From Marsupella aquatica (taxonomy: Eukaryota; Plantae; Marchantiophyta): DNA of 64,000 nucleotides. Below the pieces are notes generated by a model. The model saw nothing but the letters and a program-made list of their open reading frames with translations. It was not told the DNA's origin and did not search any database. Shown here one piece after another: positions 1 through 11,349 of the stretch; the stretch's first letter is position 1; every line of letters starts with the position of its first letter. The DNA lies in contig OZ316899.1 of assembly GCA_973895155.1 (NCBI GenBank), positions 14,449,934 to 14,513,933 of the forward strand, given 5' to 3'. A program made the translations under genes and the position numbers.

Positions 1-545
1 CTAATACTAAGTATTAGTTTAGTACCTTCGGGTATTAGTCTAATACAATAAGGTATTACTGTAAGAGTTTCAGGTGTTAGTCAATTCCCCTGGTATTTTC
101 ATAATACCTCAAGTACTATTATCTCAATACCGTTGAGTTTTATCTCAATACCATTGAGTATTATCATAATACCATTGAGTATTATCACAAAACCGTGTAT
201 TATTATCATAATACCTTGTAGTATTGTCACAATACCGTGTAGTATTATGTAAATACCTTGTAGTATTATGTAAATACCTTGTCAGTAGTATTATATAAAT
301 ACCTTGTCAGTAGTATTATGTAAATACCTTGTAGTATTATGTAAATACCTTTGAGTATTATGTAAATACCTTTGAGTATTATGTAAGTTACGCGTTTGAG
401 TATTGTTTCAAATTCTTGCGAGTATTAGTTCAATACCTTTGAGTAGTAGTGTAATCCCTTGAGGATTGTGTGTCATGTTGTGGTAGTGCAAGCAAGGTTT
501 TGTCATTGAATATCCATCGGGAATCCTTGAGTATTGATTTGAGTA
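1..545. repeat. Degenerate ~20-25 bp tandem repeat (GTAGTATTATGTAAATACCTT-like)
   Basis: Repeated agtattat...aatacc units seen directly; ends just before a splice-acceptor-like tttgcag at ~560-565. Confidence 0.85.
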
Positions 546-585
546 TTGGACTTGTAGTTTTGCAGGATCTTGTTGACGCAGAAGA

Positions 586-1209
586 ATGGGGACTCCTGTA
601 ACAGAAGTTGAGCAGGTCGTGGAAGCAGGGTAGTCTGCTTCATTTCAAGATGTCGTGGTTCATATTGTGAACTTTCATTCAACCTTCCCCCATCCTAGGC
701 GCTTTATTTATAAAGCATGCTCACATCGGCTAGGACATGGAGGCATTTGTGGCACATCAAAGGAGCTCGGCCGGCAGGTGTGTGGCCATGCAGGGGAGGG
801 TGTTGATACATATGGTTTTGAAGTTGTGATTGTTGATGCGGTGTTTAAGCAGGCAACCCCCATTCGTGCTGAGATTCGGGATAGCGCTTCAGTCTGGTTG
901 GGGCTAGGAGCTTCAGACCTACGAGCTTGCACCGAACAGGAGCAGATGGACTACATCCGGGCTGTTGCCTTGCAGTGTCGAAGGTGCTCAGTGGCCTTGG
1001 CTGCAAAAGATGGGGTACTATCAATGGAAATTTTGTCTCTCCTTGGGGTTCCTACCCATAGTTGGGTCCCCTGGCCTCTCACTGTGATAGTTTCTAGATC
1101 CCACCCAAGGTCCACCAATGTGGAACGATCCCTCGTACCAAGAGGATCTGTCCTTTTGGACCAATTGGAGGGTATTTTAGTCGCACTTCGCCATCAAGGT
1201 TTAGACTAG
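586..1209 (+). pseudogene. RPA70 C-terminal (Rep_fac-A_C)-like OB-fold/Zn-ribbon ORF with one premature stop
   Basis: ATG at 586 is in frame with ORF 655-1209 through a TAG at 631. FIYKAC...C...CGH...YGFEVVIVD...A..WLGLGASDL resembles the RPA70C pattern Y.AC..C...C..C...Y.L...I.D...A..ILG.SA.EL. Confidence 0.5.
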
Positions 1210-2267
1210 GAATGAGGTGATCTGAGGAGAATGTTTTGGGAATTGTAGAGACATATATAGAGCTGCAATTTTTGCAGTAGTGTTTTTGCATACGGATTTT
1301 GTGGCCAGGATTTTCTACAGGCCCCAACAGTTTAGTGTGGTTCTTTCTATCTCTGCTTGGATTAGTTACAATCAATCAATCTTGTATCCTGTGAGTACTT
1401 GATTTACTGTACAAAGCTAAAGTCTAGCTTGCATAAATAAATTGAGTGACTACAAGATGTCTCATTTTGTACAAATCTTGATGTATTGGAAACTATAGAG
1501 AAATAGAGTTGCCTACTTGACAATTGCTAGAGTAGTTTTTTTAATCGCGGAAAAGTGAACTGAATTCTACAGGCCAAACAGTTCAATGGATTACATGGAT
1601 TTGTTACAGTCAATTTTGTAATCCGCATGGTATTGCATTTACTATTGAAAGCAACAGGACTTGCACTGTAAATAAACTGAGCGAGTGTTTGTGACTCGTG
1701 TTTGTGAAGAAACAATGAATGAGTTTAATTTTTGTTTATAGTCCAAAATGTTGGCCTTCAACAATGCCAAGCTTTCGACCTATATCCAGGTTGTTGTTTG
1801 GATCATAATGTAGATGTTAGCGCAATTAGTTATTGTGAGAAACCTTAGAAAGTGAACCCTTCATAGCAATCATTTGCCTTGGAATAGAAAATGTCATTGA
1901 TGCTCATAGTGATCTCAGTATGTACACTCAGGAAAAAACTGAATGAGTGTACATACTGGTACTGTGAAACAATCATGCTCCTCCTTTGATGATTGAAATA
2001 AAGAAATCAAACTAAGGCAGATCTCAAAAGACAACATGAACTGTGAATAACCTGGGTCCATGAATGGACGAATGCTTAATTTAGGAAAAGTAACAGTATG
2101 CTATAACATGCATGGGGGTAAAATAAGATCTGGATGGAGGTTGAGAGCTAAAATTTGCTTCCCTTTGCAAAGTTCTGGGAACTAAGGCACTACACCGAAC
2201 AGGAGGAATAGACCAAGGTGATCACCGAATTGAGATAATTAAAGTTGCACCAGAGGTCCAGGAAGGC

Positions 2268-2294
2268 TTTAGGGTTTAGGGTTTAGGGTTTAGG
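2268..2294 (+). repeat. Interstitial plant telomeric repeat (TTTAGGG)~4
   Basis: tttagggtttagggtttagggtttagg read directly. Confidence 0.9.
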
Positions 2295-2694
2295 AAGAAG
2301 ATGGACATCCATTGGCATTTGATGAGAACTTTTATAGATTTGATAGACAACGTTCAAATTGCGTTTCAAGCTTATTCTGAAACAGAAGCATGATCACAAA
2401 ATGCTGCTGAACGAAGACACAATGGTCCTGTGGCCACTACTCAACTAGCTAATTTGCTAGCCACAACTCACATGACTAAAATTTATGATAAATTATATCC
2501 ATATCTAGCCAAACAAGGGTAGTGATTGTCGTGCCTCTAGGCAACAAAGAGAGACTCATTATATCACCTGCATGAAAAAAGAGACAGGTCCAGCAGTTAA
2601 AATGTATCAGTGGCTTGCTTTTGCAATATAGCTACTAGTCTCACAACACCCACTACATCAAACAGTCAACTGTATAAAACTATTAGCCTAGGCT

Positions 2695-3265
2695 ATAGTA
2701 TTGAGTATTGGGTCGGACTGCAAGTACTGAGTACTAAAGCCAGGTCTTGAGTACCAGGTACTCAACGTATTGAGCTCGGTATTAAGTACTAGGTACTCAA
2801 GGTACTAAGTACTTGATACTCAGGGTACTGAGTACTAGGTACTTAAGGTACTGAGTACTTAAGGTACTGAGTACTTAAGGTACTGAGTACTGGGTACTTA
2901 AGGTACTGAGTACTGGGTACTTATGGTACTTGGTACTATGTACTCAAGGTACTATGTACTTAAGGTACTGAGTACTAGGTACTTACTTAGGTACTTGGTA
3001 TTATGTATTGAGTACTAGGTACTCAAAGTACTGAGTATTTGGTACTTAAGGTACTTAAGTTGGTACTGCGTACTTATGGTACTGAGTACTTGGTACATAC
3101 GTAACCAGTACTGGTACTTAAGGTATTTAATACTTGACTAAGTATTATGTACTAGGTACTATGAGTATTTATTATCAAGTAGGTACTAGAAAAGGCATTA
3201 AGTATTAGCAAATAAATATTACAAGTATTAGCAATAGGTATTACAAAGAAGAACTAGTATTCGGT
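2695..3265. repeat. AGTACT/GGTACT-rich low-complexity tandem array
   Basis: Dense ggtactgagtact units. Confidence 0.9.
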
Positions 3266-3670
3266 AAGGAGGAGTTGCAAGTTTACTTGCCACTGAGAAT
3301 CATGGGCCATGTGCATTGCGCAGTCATCAAATTGAACACCTGCACACAATAAACTAGATTGGTCAAAGACATGAATCAGTGTACAAGAATGTCACAAAGT
3401 GCCTTTTCACAGAGTTTTGAGATTGAGGGACCAACATCAAGTGAGGATGACCACCTCATAAAACATTAGCATCTGCGCTTTTAATTTGCTTACCTAGAAC
3501 TTTAGGCGTACAGGTTCAATTCAACCACACTCGGATTTCCTCTGCAGTCAATAAAGTTGCAATTAGAATTAAACCAGCACAACCAACAATCTACCCAATG
3601 TAACTATTCTCTTCCAATGAGTGTCTTTAGTGTCTTCAATAAACAGATAAATATTGGCAGTGAAAGAAAA

Positions 3671-6600
3671 TTACCTGTCCGCTGAATCCAAAATTGCTTG
3701 ATAAGTGTTAGGGGCAAGCTTGAACCCTGGTGATCCCCTCAGTATTTTTGTTGGCACAAGTCCAAATTTTATGTGAATCACGGATGCCACATCGGCATAG
3801 CTAATGCTAGATTTGTCGTTACGAACAAAGCAAGTCGGATGCCTGCCATATTGCTGAAACCAAGTGCCTGCCAAAACTCGATCGCCCTTATAAAATTCAG
3901 CAGAATAGTCGTCTATGAAATCATTTTCAACAACATGAGCCTTTTTTGTACACAAAAGAACGTAGAATTCTGCTTTCCAAATGTTGTCTTCTTCAGCCTT
4001 CACAGCAAAATAGTCACCCACTTCAACTAGATCACCAATGTAGCCCTCGTAATCACAGGTCTCACTATCCAACCCGCCACCCATGTCTTCAATAATGGAT
4101 GCAATCTCTCCAGCATTTTTGGGGTACACATAATCTACCTCCCACGGTAGAACATGAGCCTGATTTTCACAGAGTTCTTGACTTTCTGGATGAAGTGCAC
4201 AGTTGATGCAGAAGCAAGCCAATTGTCTACATTTCAGCATCATGGGATTGTCAGGGCTATATCCCAAAAAGAAATGCTTTTGTCTCACACCTTTGATAGG
4301 CAAACATTCTAGGCCTGAACTCCGCTCCACCTCTTGCACACCGACCTCCCAGAAAAAATGTCTCACACCCTGTGTCTTGTCATACTCCATTTGCTTTCCT
4401 AGGCAAAACCGTTCCTTAAGAAACTCGACCACATCCTTGGCACCCTCCATTGGATGCCCTCCTTCTTTCCGCAACTGCTCCTTTCGAAGAGCTTGCTTCA
4501 CCCCACCTCCTAGTCCATCCTGTGGAAGCAAGCATACAACAAAAATGCATCAAATCCTGCACGCTAAAAACTTCAAAGCTATCGCATAAATCAGCACGTA
4601 AAAATGTAACACTATTACATACTATAGACAATGAAGCAAAAAAAGGGCCTGGCAAGTAATTACTTGTACACCTTTCCCATGCCCCGAGGCATGGAAACAC
4701 CACATTAGTGGGACCCCATAGTCATGATTGTATTTTGCCACATAGGAAAAAGGGCGGCAAGCTTTAAACTATGTTGCACACCCGTCTGACCACATAATGT
4801 GATTGTCTACAAAAATCTCTTTCTCTTTCATCCACTTCCAATGGAAATCCAAGCTGTGTTGCACAAAGAAGGTATCATGGCTATTGTCATCTGAAATAAA
4901 GAAGTGGTAATCAGCCTCAATAAATCTGGTGATCCTCTGGCCCATTTTGTTGTACACCATAGGATCCTCCTCCTCCTTGTCATACTGGTGCCGGTAGGTG
5001 ATCAGAACAAGAATAGTGACCTGTCTATTATCCCAGTGAAGGGATTGTACCTCATCTTGCGTTGCAAATGTGTAGTTCTCTGCAAAGTCAATCGAACTCA
5101 CTATGGTGCCTTTAGGAAAGGACTTGAGACAATTCTGGTACTGCTCAGCTTGCCATCTAGCATAGAAGTCATGTTTTATAAACGTTTCTATAGTAGCTGT
5201 TACTTTTTCCATAAACACCACCATTGAGGTGACTTTAGTTACTAATCTAAGCCTCTTTCTAACCTTGGAAATCTCTGCATCATCACGATTCTGGAATTTC
5301 TTCTTTTTGGCACTCTTTGGCTTTGGTAAATCATCCAGGTTAACATACTCATATGTTTGCCACACCACAAACTCATCCTCTTCATCCACTCTTTCCTCCC
5401 ACGGACACAACTCTAACAACCCTGGCCCACAGATCTCACAACTACCTAGTAAACAGTCCCTCTTGTGCCAAAGATCATCCTCTCCTTTCTTACATAAGGT
5501 TTGTGCGCACCACTCTCTCACAGAGCATTGTGTATACTTGTGAGCTTTGTAGGGTTCATCATAACTATTCAGACTCACATGAGTAGTGGTACTGCAAGTA
5601 CCGTCGACAACACTACCATCAATACTATGACTCACTCCAGCAACAATTATAGGGGAACAAACTACACATTGACATGTGCAACCCACAGGATGTTGAGCTT
5701 GTCGTTGCTTGGCAAAGGCTTTGCAAAGTAGGTGCATCTCAACATGTTGCTTACAACAGCAGACATCCCTTTCTTTCATTGTACGTATGAAGTAAGGTTT
5801 GAGGGCTTGAAAAGATCGCAAACCGATAGTGTAAGCTTTATGTTCTTTCTTCAGCCATTCCTGGAACTTGAAAAAGTACTCTGCCTGTCACCATGTGCAA
5901 CATAAGTGAACAAAATGAGTAGTGCACAAAATAAACCAATATTGATTACAGACTTGCACTACTACACTTGCAGACTTACTACACGATTAGAAATGAGATG
6001 CACTACTACATAATTAGCAATTACCTCAGTATCCTCAAGGCGGTGAGTCCTGTGCTCCACATATTCATTCTTTGCAATCCTTTTTCGTACAAAATCCTTC
6101 TTGCGTGGACCAGGCCTGGTAAGCGCCTCCCAGAACCACGCAACATCACCTCGAATCTCCAGAGAAAGGCGATCACTCCTTTCCTTTCGCTGACCCATTG
6201 GAAAACGCAATGTTGCATCACCATCTAGCAGAATTCTTTTCTTACTAGCAGCATACACAGATGCTCTTTTGATACACAATGCTCGAGCAAGAGAAGATTG
6301 GTATCTTGCATCCACAATCTTGGGACCTATAAAAGAAGATAGTAGAATATCTTTGGCTGCTTTATGATCTTTACGCCTTGCATACTTGACTGTTTTCAAA
6401 GTGTTCTTTATATCATCGATAGCTGTACTCCATGATTGATCCGCTTTAGGGCAGCCTAGTGAAGTGGGGTGCAATTAAACCATTCCCTTATGAGTCCAAA
6501 AACACTCCATGATGATCTTCTTAGCAGCAAAATTATGTCGTCTCGTTAATTCGGAAAAGTGCTTTACCATCCCAGTGACAACTTGGGTCTGGCTACGGAC

Positions 6601-7149
6601 ACTTCTGTTTGGGATATCAGAGGCATCATAATTCTCGATTACCTCACCAAGTAGACACCGCTTCCTCAAACAAGACTTTTGTTGTCTCCTTCTAGCTGAT
6701 GCACGCATAGCCTCTTGAGTTGCCACCCTTGTTGCATCTCCAAAAGACTGATCATTTGCACTGCACTCCTCCGCTGATCTCAACCTGGACTCCAAATCAA
6801 TAGTTTGATTATGCAAGTCATGAATTTGGTATTCCAAAGTTGCAAACTCCCCAGTCAATTGTAGCCGAATTTCATCCTTGAAGTTGTCAGCCTGCTCTCT
6901 TGCATTAGCAAGCAGCTTCTCTGCCTCTATTGCAGCCTCTCGTCCAGCCTGAACAAGCAACTTCTCCGCCTCTATGGTAGCCTTGTGTCTAGCTTGAGCA
7001 ATCAACTGCTCTACCTCTATTGCAGCCTTGTGTCTAGCCTTAGCAAGCAACTTCTCGGCCTCTATGGCAGCCTCCTGAATCACCAGCTTCTCTGCCTGCC
7101 CCTGAGCATCTTGTAAAGTTTCTTTGGCATGTGTTCTTACTGCATTCAC
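3671..7149 (-). pseudogene. Intron-containing Sola2-like DDD transposase, disrupted by stops
   Basis: Motifs SSIDFAENY..QDEVQSLHW..QVT, SDDNSHD, WSDGCAT*FK (TAG where Q expected), HASGHGKGVQ|intron|DGLGGGVK. Cys clusters and an N-terminal 15-aa coiled-coil repeat (AAIEAEKLLAxARH). GT-AG introns near 6020-5886 and 4665-4523. Confidence 0.8.
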
Positions 7150-7319
7150 TGCTTGCCCTGCCCTACGCTCTCTTCTCTTAAAATTTCGTCGTCTCTTTTG
7201 GCTTTCGCTGCTTCATCCCAAACACTACTCATGATGTTGGGTTAACACCATGAGATCATGTGTGAGGGTAGAGATTCACCCTACTTCAACCGCCCTTGAG
7301 CTACAATGTTTGTTCTCCT

Positions 7320-7835
7320 AAACACAGAGTAATGCCACAGAGTAATGAAGGTCTAAACGTAGAGTAATGCCGCAGAGTAATGCCGCAGCTTCCTATCGCA
7401 GAGTAAGGAACATTCGCTACGAGGTCAGATGTTTACAGTCCTTAATATCCCTTAGACCACAATGCATGGCAATGCGACGCAAAACGCAACATTGAAGCTC
7501 CAAACAGGAGCAAAAGAAGGTGAATGTCAAACACGAAAAGGACAAGGTAACACAAAAGTTCTGCAACGCGATGTCCGCGCTTGTTTCTCTCAATGTCTGG
7601 GCTTGTTTCTTGCAAGAAAAACTTACAAGTATAGTGCGTCTGTGAGTACCACTAAATTTCTGCAACATACGCAATGTTTGGGCTTGTTTCTCGCAAGAAA
7701 AACTTACTTGGTATATTGCATCCGTGAGTACCACCAAATTTCTGCATCGCAATGTCGGGGCAGCTTGTTTCCCTCAAGAAAAACTTACTCAAGATTAAGA
7801 AAAACTTACAGGTATAGTGCGTCCACGAGTATATG
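7320..7835. repeat. Short repeats upstream of the Sola2-like gene (CAGAGTAATGCC; CTTGTTTCTCGCAAGAAAAACTTAC), possibly subterminal
   Basis: 3-4 copies of each motif visible; no matching TIR partner found in the window. Confidence 0.5.
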
Positions 7836-8209
7836 ACACGTAACGATGTTTGTGGAAGGACTCATGACCTAACGCGCCATGTACAATGGACTTGGGAACT
7901 TGCATAGAGTTCAAACCATAGGGTCAACACGAGTTACGAGGTATTTGAATTCCAAGAAAGTACTACTTAAGCTTAGTACCTTAAGTGACAATGTCGGCTG
8001 TGGGTAGTGAAGGGTAACACCAAGGAAATCATCACCTTTACTTCTTGGGCTACACAGTAATGCTTGTCTAATCTTGGCCACCCATTCAAATACATCTGAG
8101 CCCTTCCATGGTCCTTTTTGGTCCTTGTACATTTCAAGTACCATCCTCTATGGTATTTGAAATGTGACATTTGTGACATCAAATAATAACCCCTCTAGCT
8201 TGCTTTTGG

Positions 8210-8473
8210 CCTTTAGAAGGTCGTGATGGTATGGTTTGGAAGGATCATGTGCGCAACTGTGCACCTTGTCACCTTCCAAACATTGATGATAGCATAGATC
8301 CTAGTCTAGCAGTGATACCTGCAGGCTTACATTGTATGTTGTGTGGATCCACTCGTGGAGCTGCAACCATGTTGATTTGTGATGGTTGCTCAAGAGGTTG
8401 GCACTTAGCATGTTTGACGCCACCTCTTGATTCAGTCCCTGAAGAACGGTGGTTGTGTCCCAATTGTAGATAG
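8210..8473 (+). pseudogene. PHD finger, probably the C-terminus of a Ty3/Gypsy integrase
   Basis: CMLC...MLICDGCSRGWHLACLTPPL..VPEERWLCPNC is a C4HC3 PHD; preceded by GRDG.VWKDHVRNCAPCH; lies among retroelement fragments. Confidence 0.75.
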
Positions 8474-9449
8474 AGAGTGGCTTTAGTTAGCATAAAATTT
8501 ATTAGACAGTATAGATTGCAGGCAGGTGATTAACAATGGGGCTCCTTTGCACCCCGCCTCTTGATCCGTGCACCCAAAAGGTGTATACTTCCTTTTAGGT
8601 TTTGGGCTAGCTGTAGTTAGCGGGACCTAACCACCAGTTAGGGGGGCGGTTATGGATTTTGGTGTACATGTGTTGTGTGTTGTGTGATTATCTTTTTTTC
8701 TTGTTTACATGGTGTGTCGTGATGTGAGTTGTGTATGGATGTGTGTCCGCACGATAGGGCAGTACACCTTGACATCATATTGGCGGTTCCTTATGAAGCC
8801 TTGGTGCCTCTAGTTGTGAGCTTTTAGTAGGGGCTTGCTTGCAGGTTTTGTCTGGCTACCCTACTTGAAGCATATTAGTAAAAGTTGCACTCTCATAGGG
8901 AGGGAGTCCTTGTGGAGAGTTAGGTTGTTTTGTTGTTGTAGTCTATTGGTTTGAAGTGGAGAAAGCTCTCCAACCTCTTGGAAGATAGAGGTAGGGTTTT
9001 GTTGGTTCTAAGAAGTATTTTCGTCCATCTTTCGCTTGTGGTCGCACCCTAAGCTCTTCCATGGGAACGAATTGGTAGAAATAGCAATATCTTTGTTTGG
9101 GTTGTGTGCTATCCATAAGTTACCCACCACGACATCTACCAAAACAACACCCAGATTACCATTAGAAGTGACATTCACAAAAATCAGCTTGTCAGAATCC
9201 ATTGTCTTAACCTTAGGTACTTTTTATTGCAACAACACCTTCTCTTTGGCAGGAATATCCCCTACAAGGACCTTGTCAACTATTAAGGGTTTGGTTAGAG
9301 CAATATTTACCATAACGCCCTGTTGTGCGCATAAACATTGTTACACAACATACATTGCTTGTCACACATATCTAAGCATAGTCACAATCAACATCACAAA
9401 CATAAGAGAATGGAGTACAAGTGGAACTCTTATCCACACATGTCCAAAA

Positions 9450-9640
9450 CCCACAATCCACGGCTTGTGGCCTCTTCAACTCCAAAGGAAAACGTCATAG
9501 TTTTAATGGAGAGTCACAGCCCACGGCTTGTGGCCTCTTCAACTCCCAAGGAAGACATCATAGTTTTGATGGAGAGCCATAGCCCACGGCTTGTGACCTC
9601 TTCAACTCCAAAGGAAGATGTCACAGGTTTGATGGAGAGT
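9450..9640 (+). repeat. 63-bp tandem repeat x3 (HSPRLVASSTPKEDVIVLMES)
   Basis: Three near-identical units upstream of the RT fragment. Confidence 0.85.
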
Positions 9641-10022
9641 TGGGAACCACAGATTGGTCCTAATTTGATCGGGAGGGAGAGACGTTGCATGCATCAATTC
9701 TTGAAGAGTTTTTGGAATTGTTTTGCATTTAGTATGAAGGATTTGGGGACATTGAAGGGCCCTAGTATTCAGATCGAATTGGCTAGTGATGCGCCAATCT
9801 TTTGACGACCGTATCGGTATAGTGACATGGAGAGGGCTTTGATCCAAAGTAGAACTCAAGATTTGTTGGAGGCTAGTTTGGTGGAGATCTCATACGGGGA
9901 GTATGCATCTGCCACAATGATGCCAGCCAAGAAGGATGTGCATGGCAATTACACAGATAGGCAAATGTGTGGTGATTATTGACATATTAATCGTCAGAAA
10001 AAATCTGATTGATATGCCATAC
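9640..10022 (+). pseudogene. Ty3/Gypsy reverse transcriptase N-terminal fragment
   Basis: FAFSMKDLG..PIF*RPYRYS..E..YASATMMPAKKD..RQMCGDY..IN..D*YAIP with stops; truncated. Confidence 0.8.
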
Positions 10023-10344
10023 CCACACACACAATCTTCAAGAGCAATCAAACAGCAATTGATGCCAATCAAACACACAATCCTGTCCAACGCAATCACA
10101 CACTTATGTCAAGTCAAACGCACCTTGCGCCACAAGGAATCCACGTTACGTACACACAACCTAGATAGCCACACGATAGCCGCTAGAGCTTGTGCTCGCA
10201 AGACTCAACATCAAAAGATGAGACCTTTGAGCCAACACAAAGAGATATAACTATCCCTCACAAACATACACTAACCCTAAAACACTTAGATAACACACAT
10301 ATGAAAGCCCCAAACCTACAAAGTCCGATATCCTATACTATCAC

Positions 10345-11100
10345 TCATACTGGTGTGACAGCCCTTTTGCCCCCATCTCCGCTTGGCTTGCCACCTTTTA
10401 TGAGACAATCCTTACTTAGATGGCCCATGGCGCCACATGTGTAGCACAAGCCTTCAGCTAGCCTCTGCTCCACGAGCGCCTGGTTTTTCACTTTTTGTGC
10501 CGCTGAGGTTCCTTTCTTGAAGTTGTTGGCCTTCCGATTGCGCTTTGCTTCTCCATTCCGAGGCTGAGGATCCAAACCACCGGCCCCCGCCCTCTTCGGC
10601 TGCTTGCGCCTATTCTTGGGACCTTTCGCTTTCCCAACTTCCCGTTTGGATCCCTTGCCACCAACCTTCGCCAAGTCCAGCCGGTTATTCACCAACATAG
10701 TGTCCTTGTCGAAGGCGTCAGAAAGCGTTTTAAACTCATGATGCTTTTCCTGTAACTTTTCCTGTAACTTTTCCTTGAGCAACAGCGGAAACTTCACTAT
10801 AAAGTTATGAAGCTACGTATGTAGGGTCTCCATCGTGGAGAGCCAACTCAAGAAATTCTGTCCACTTTGCTCATAGACCCCGTCGTAAGTTGGAGGAGTT
10901 GGTAGCTCACTTGGAACATACTCCGTCCAACTATCATTCCCCCTCGGGACGCGTTGCGCTCTAACTACCCAAACTAAGTAAGTATTTAATTTGGGCCCCC
11001 TTGTTGTATTCTAGCTAGTCATAAATGAACCGCTGGTCTTGGGTCAACGGACCTAAACCGTTGTCAGCGGTCGGGCCCTTGCGGATTGTATGAGGACGGT
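10345..11100 (-). pseudogene. gag-like gene with CCHC zinc knuckle, internally deleted copy
   Basis: CYTCGAMGHLSKDC; inverted paralog of 17950-18970, lacking its ~18225-18510 segment. Confidence 0.8.
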
Positions 11101-11349
11101 CCTCCAACCGCCTTTCCTTTGCGGGCCGTCTATCCTTAGGTTCTCTAGTGGATTTTGGTGACACTCCCCATGACTTGCAAGCACCATGACCTCTTGGGGC
11201 TGTGGCATCACCCGCATCGCCCTGATTTTGTTTGGTCAAATTATCCACGATGACGTCCGGCTTGACATCATCCTCTAGTTTTGCATCCAACCGTCTTAAG
11301 GCTGGGATCAGTCCCTCTTTTGGGTCTTGACCCTCTCCCACGGATTCAG

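Noticed and set aside
1-3300. Helitron call for the RPA-like region
   Set aside because: No Rep/helicase motifs and no clear hairpin-CTRR end identified.
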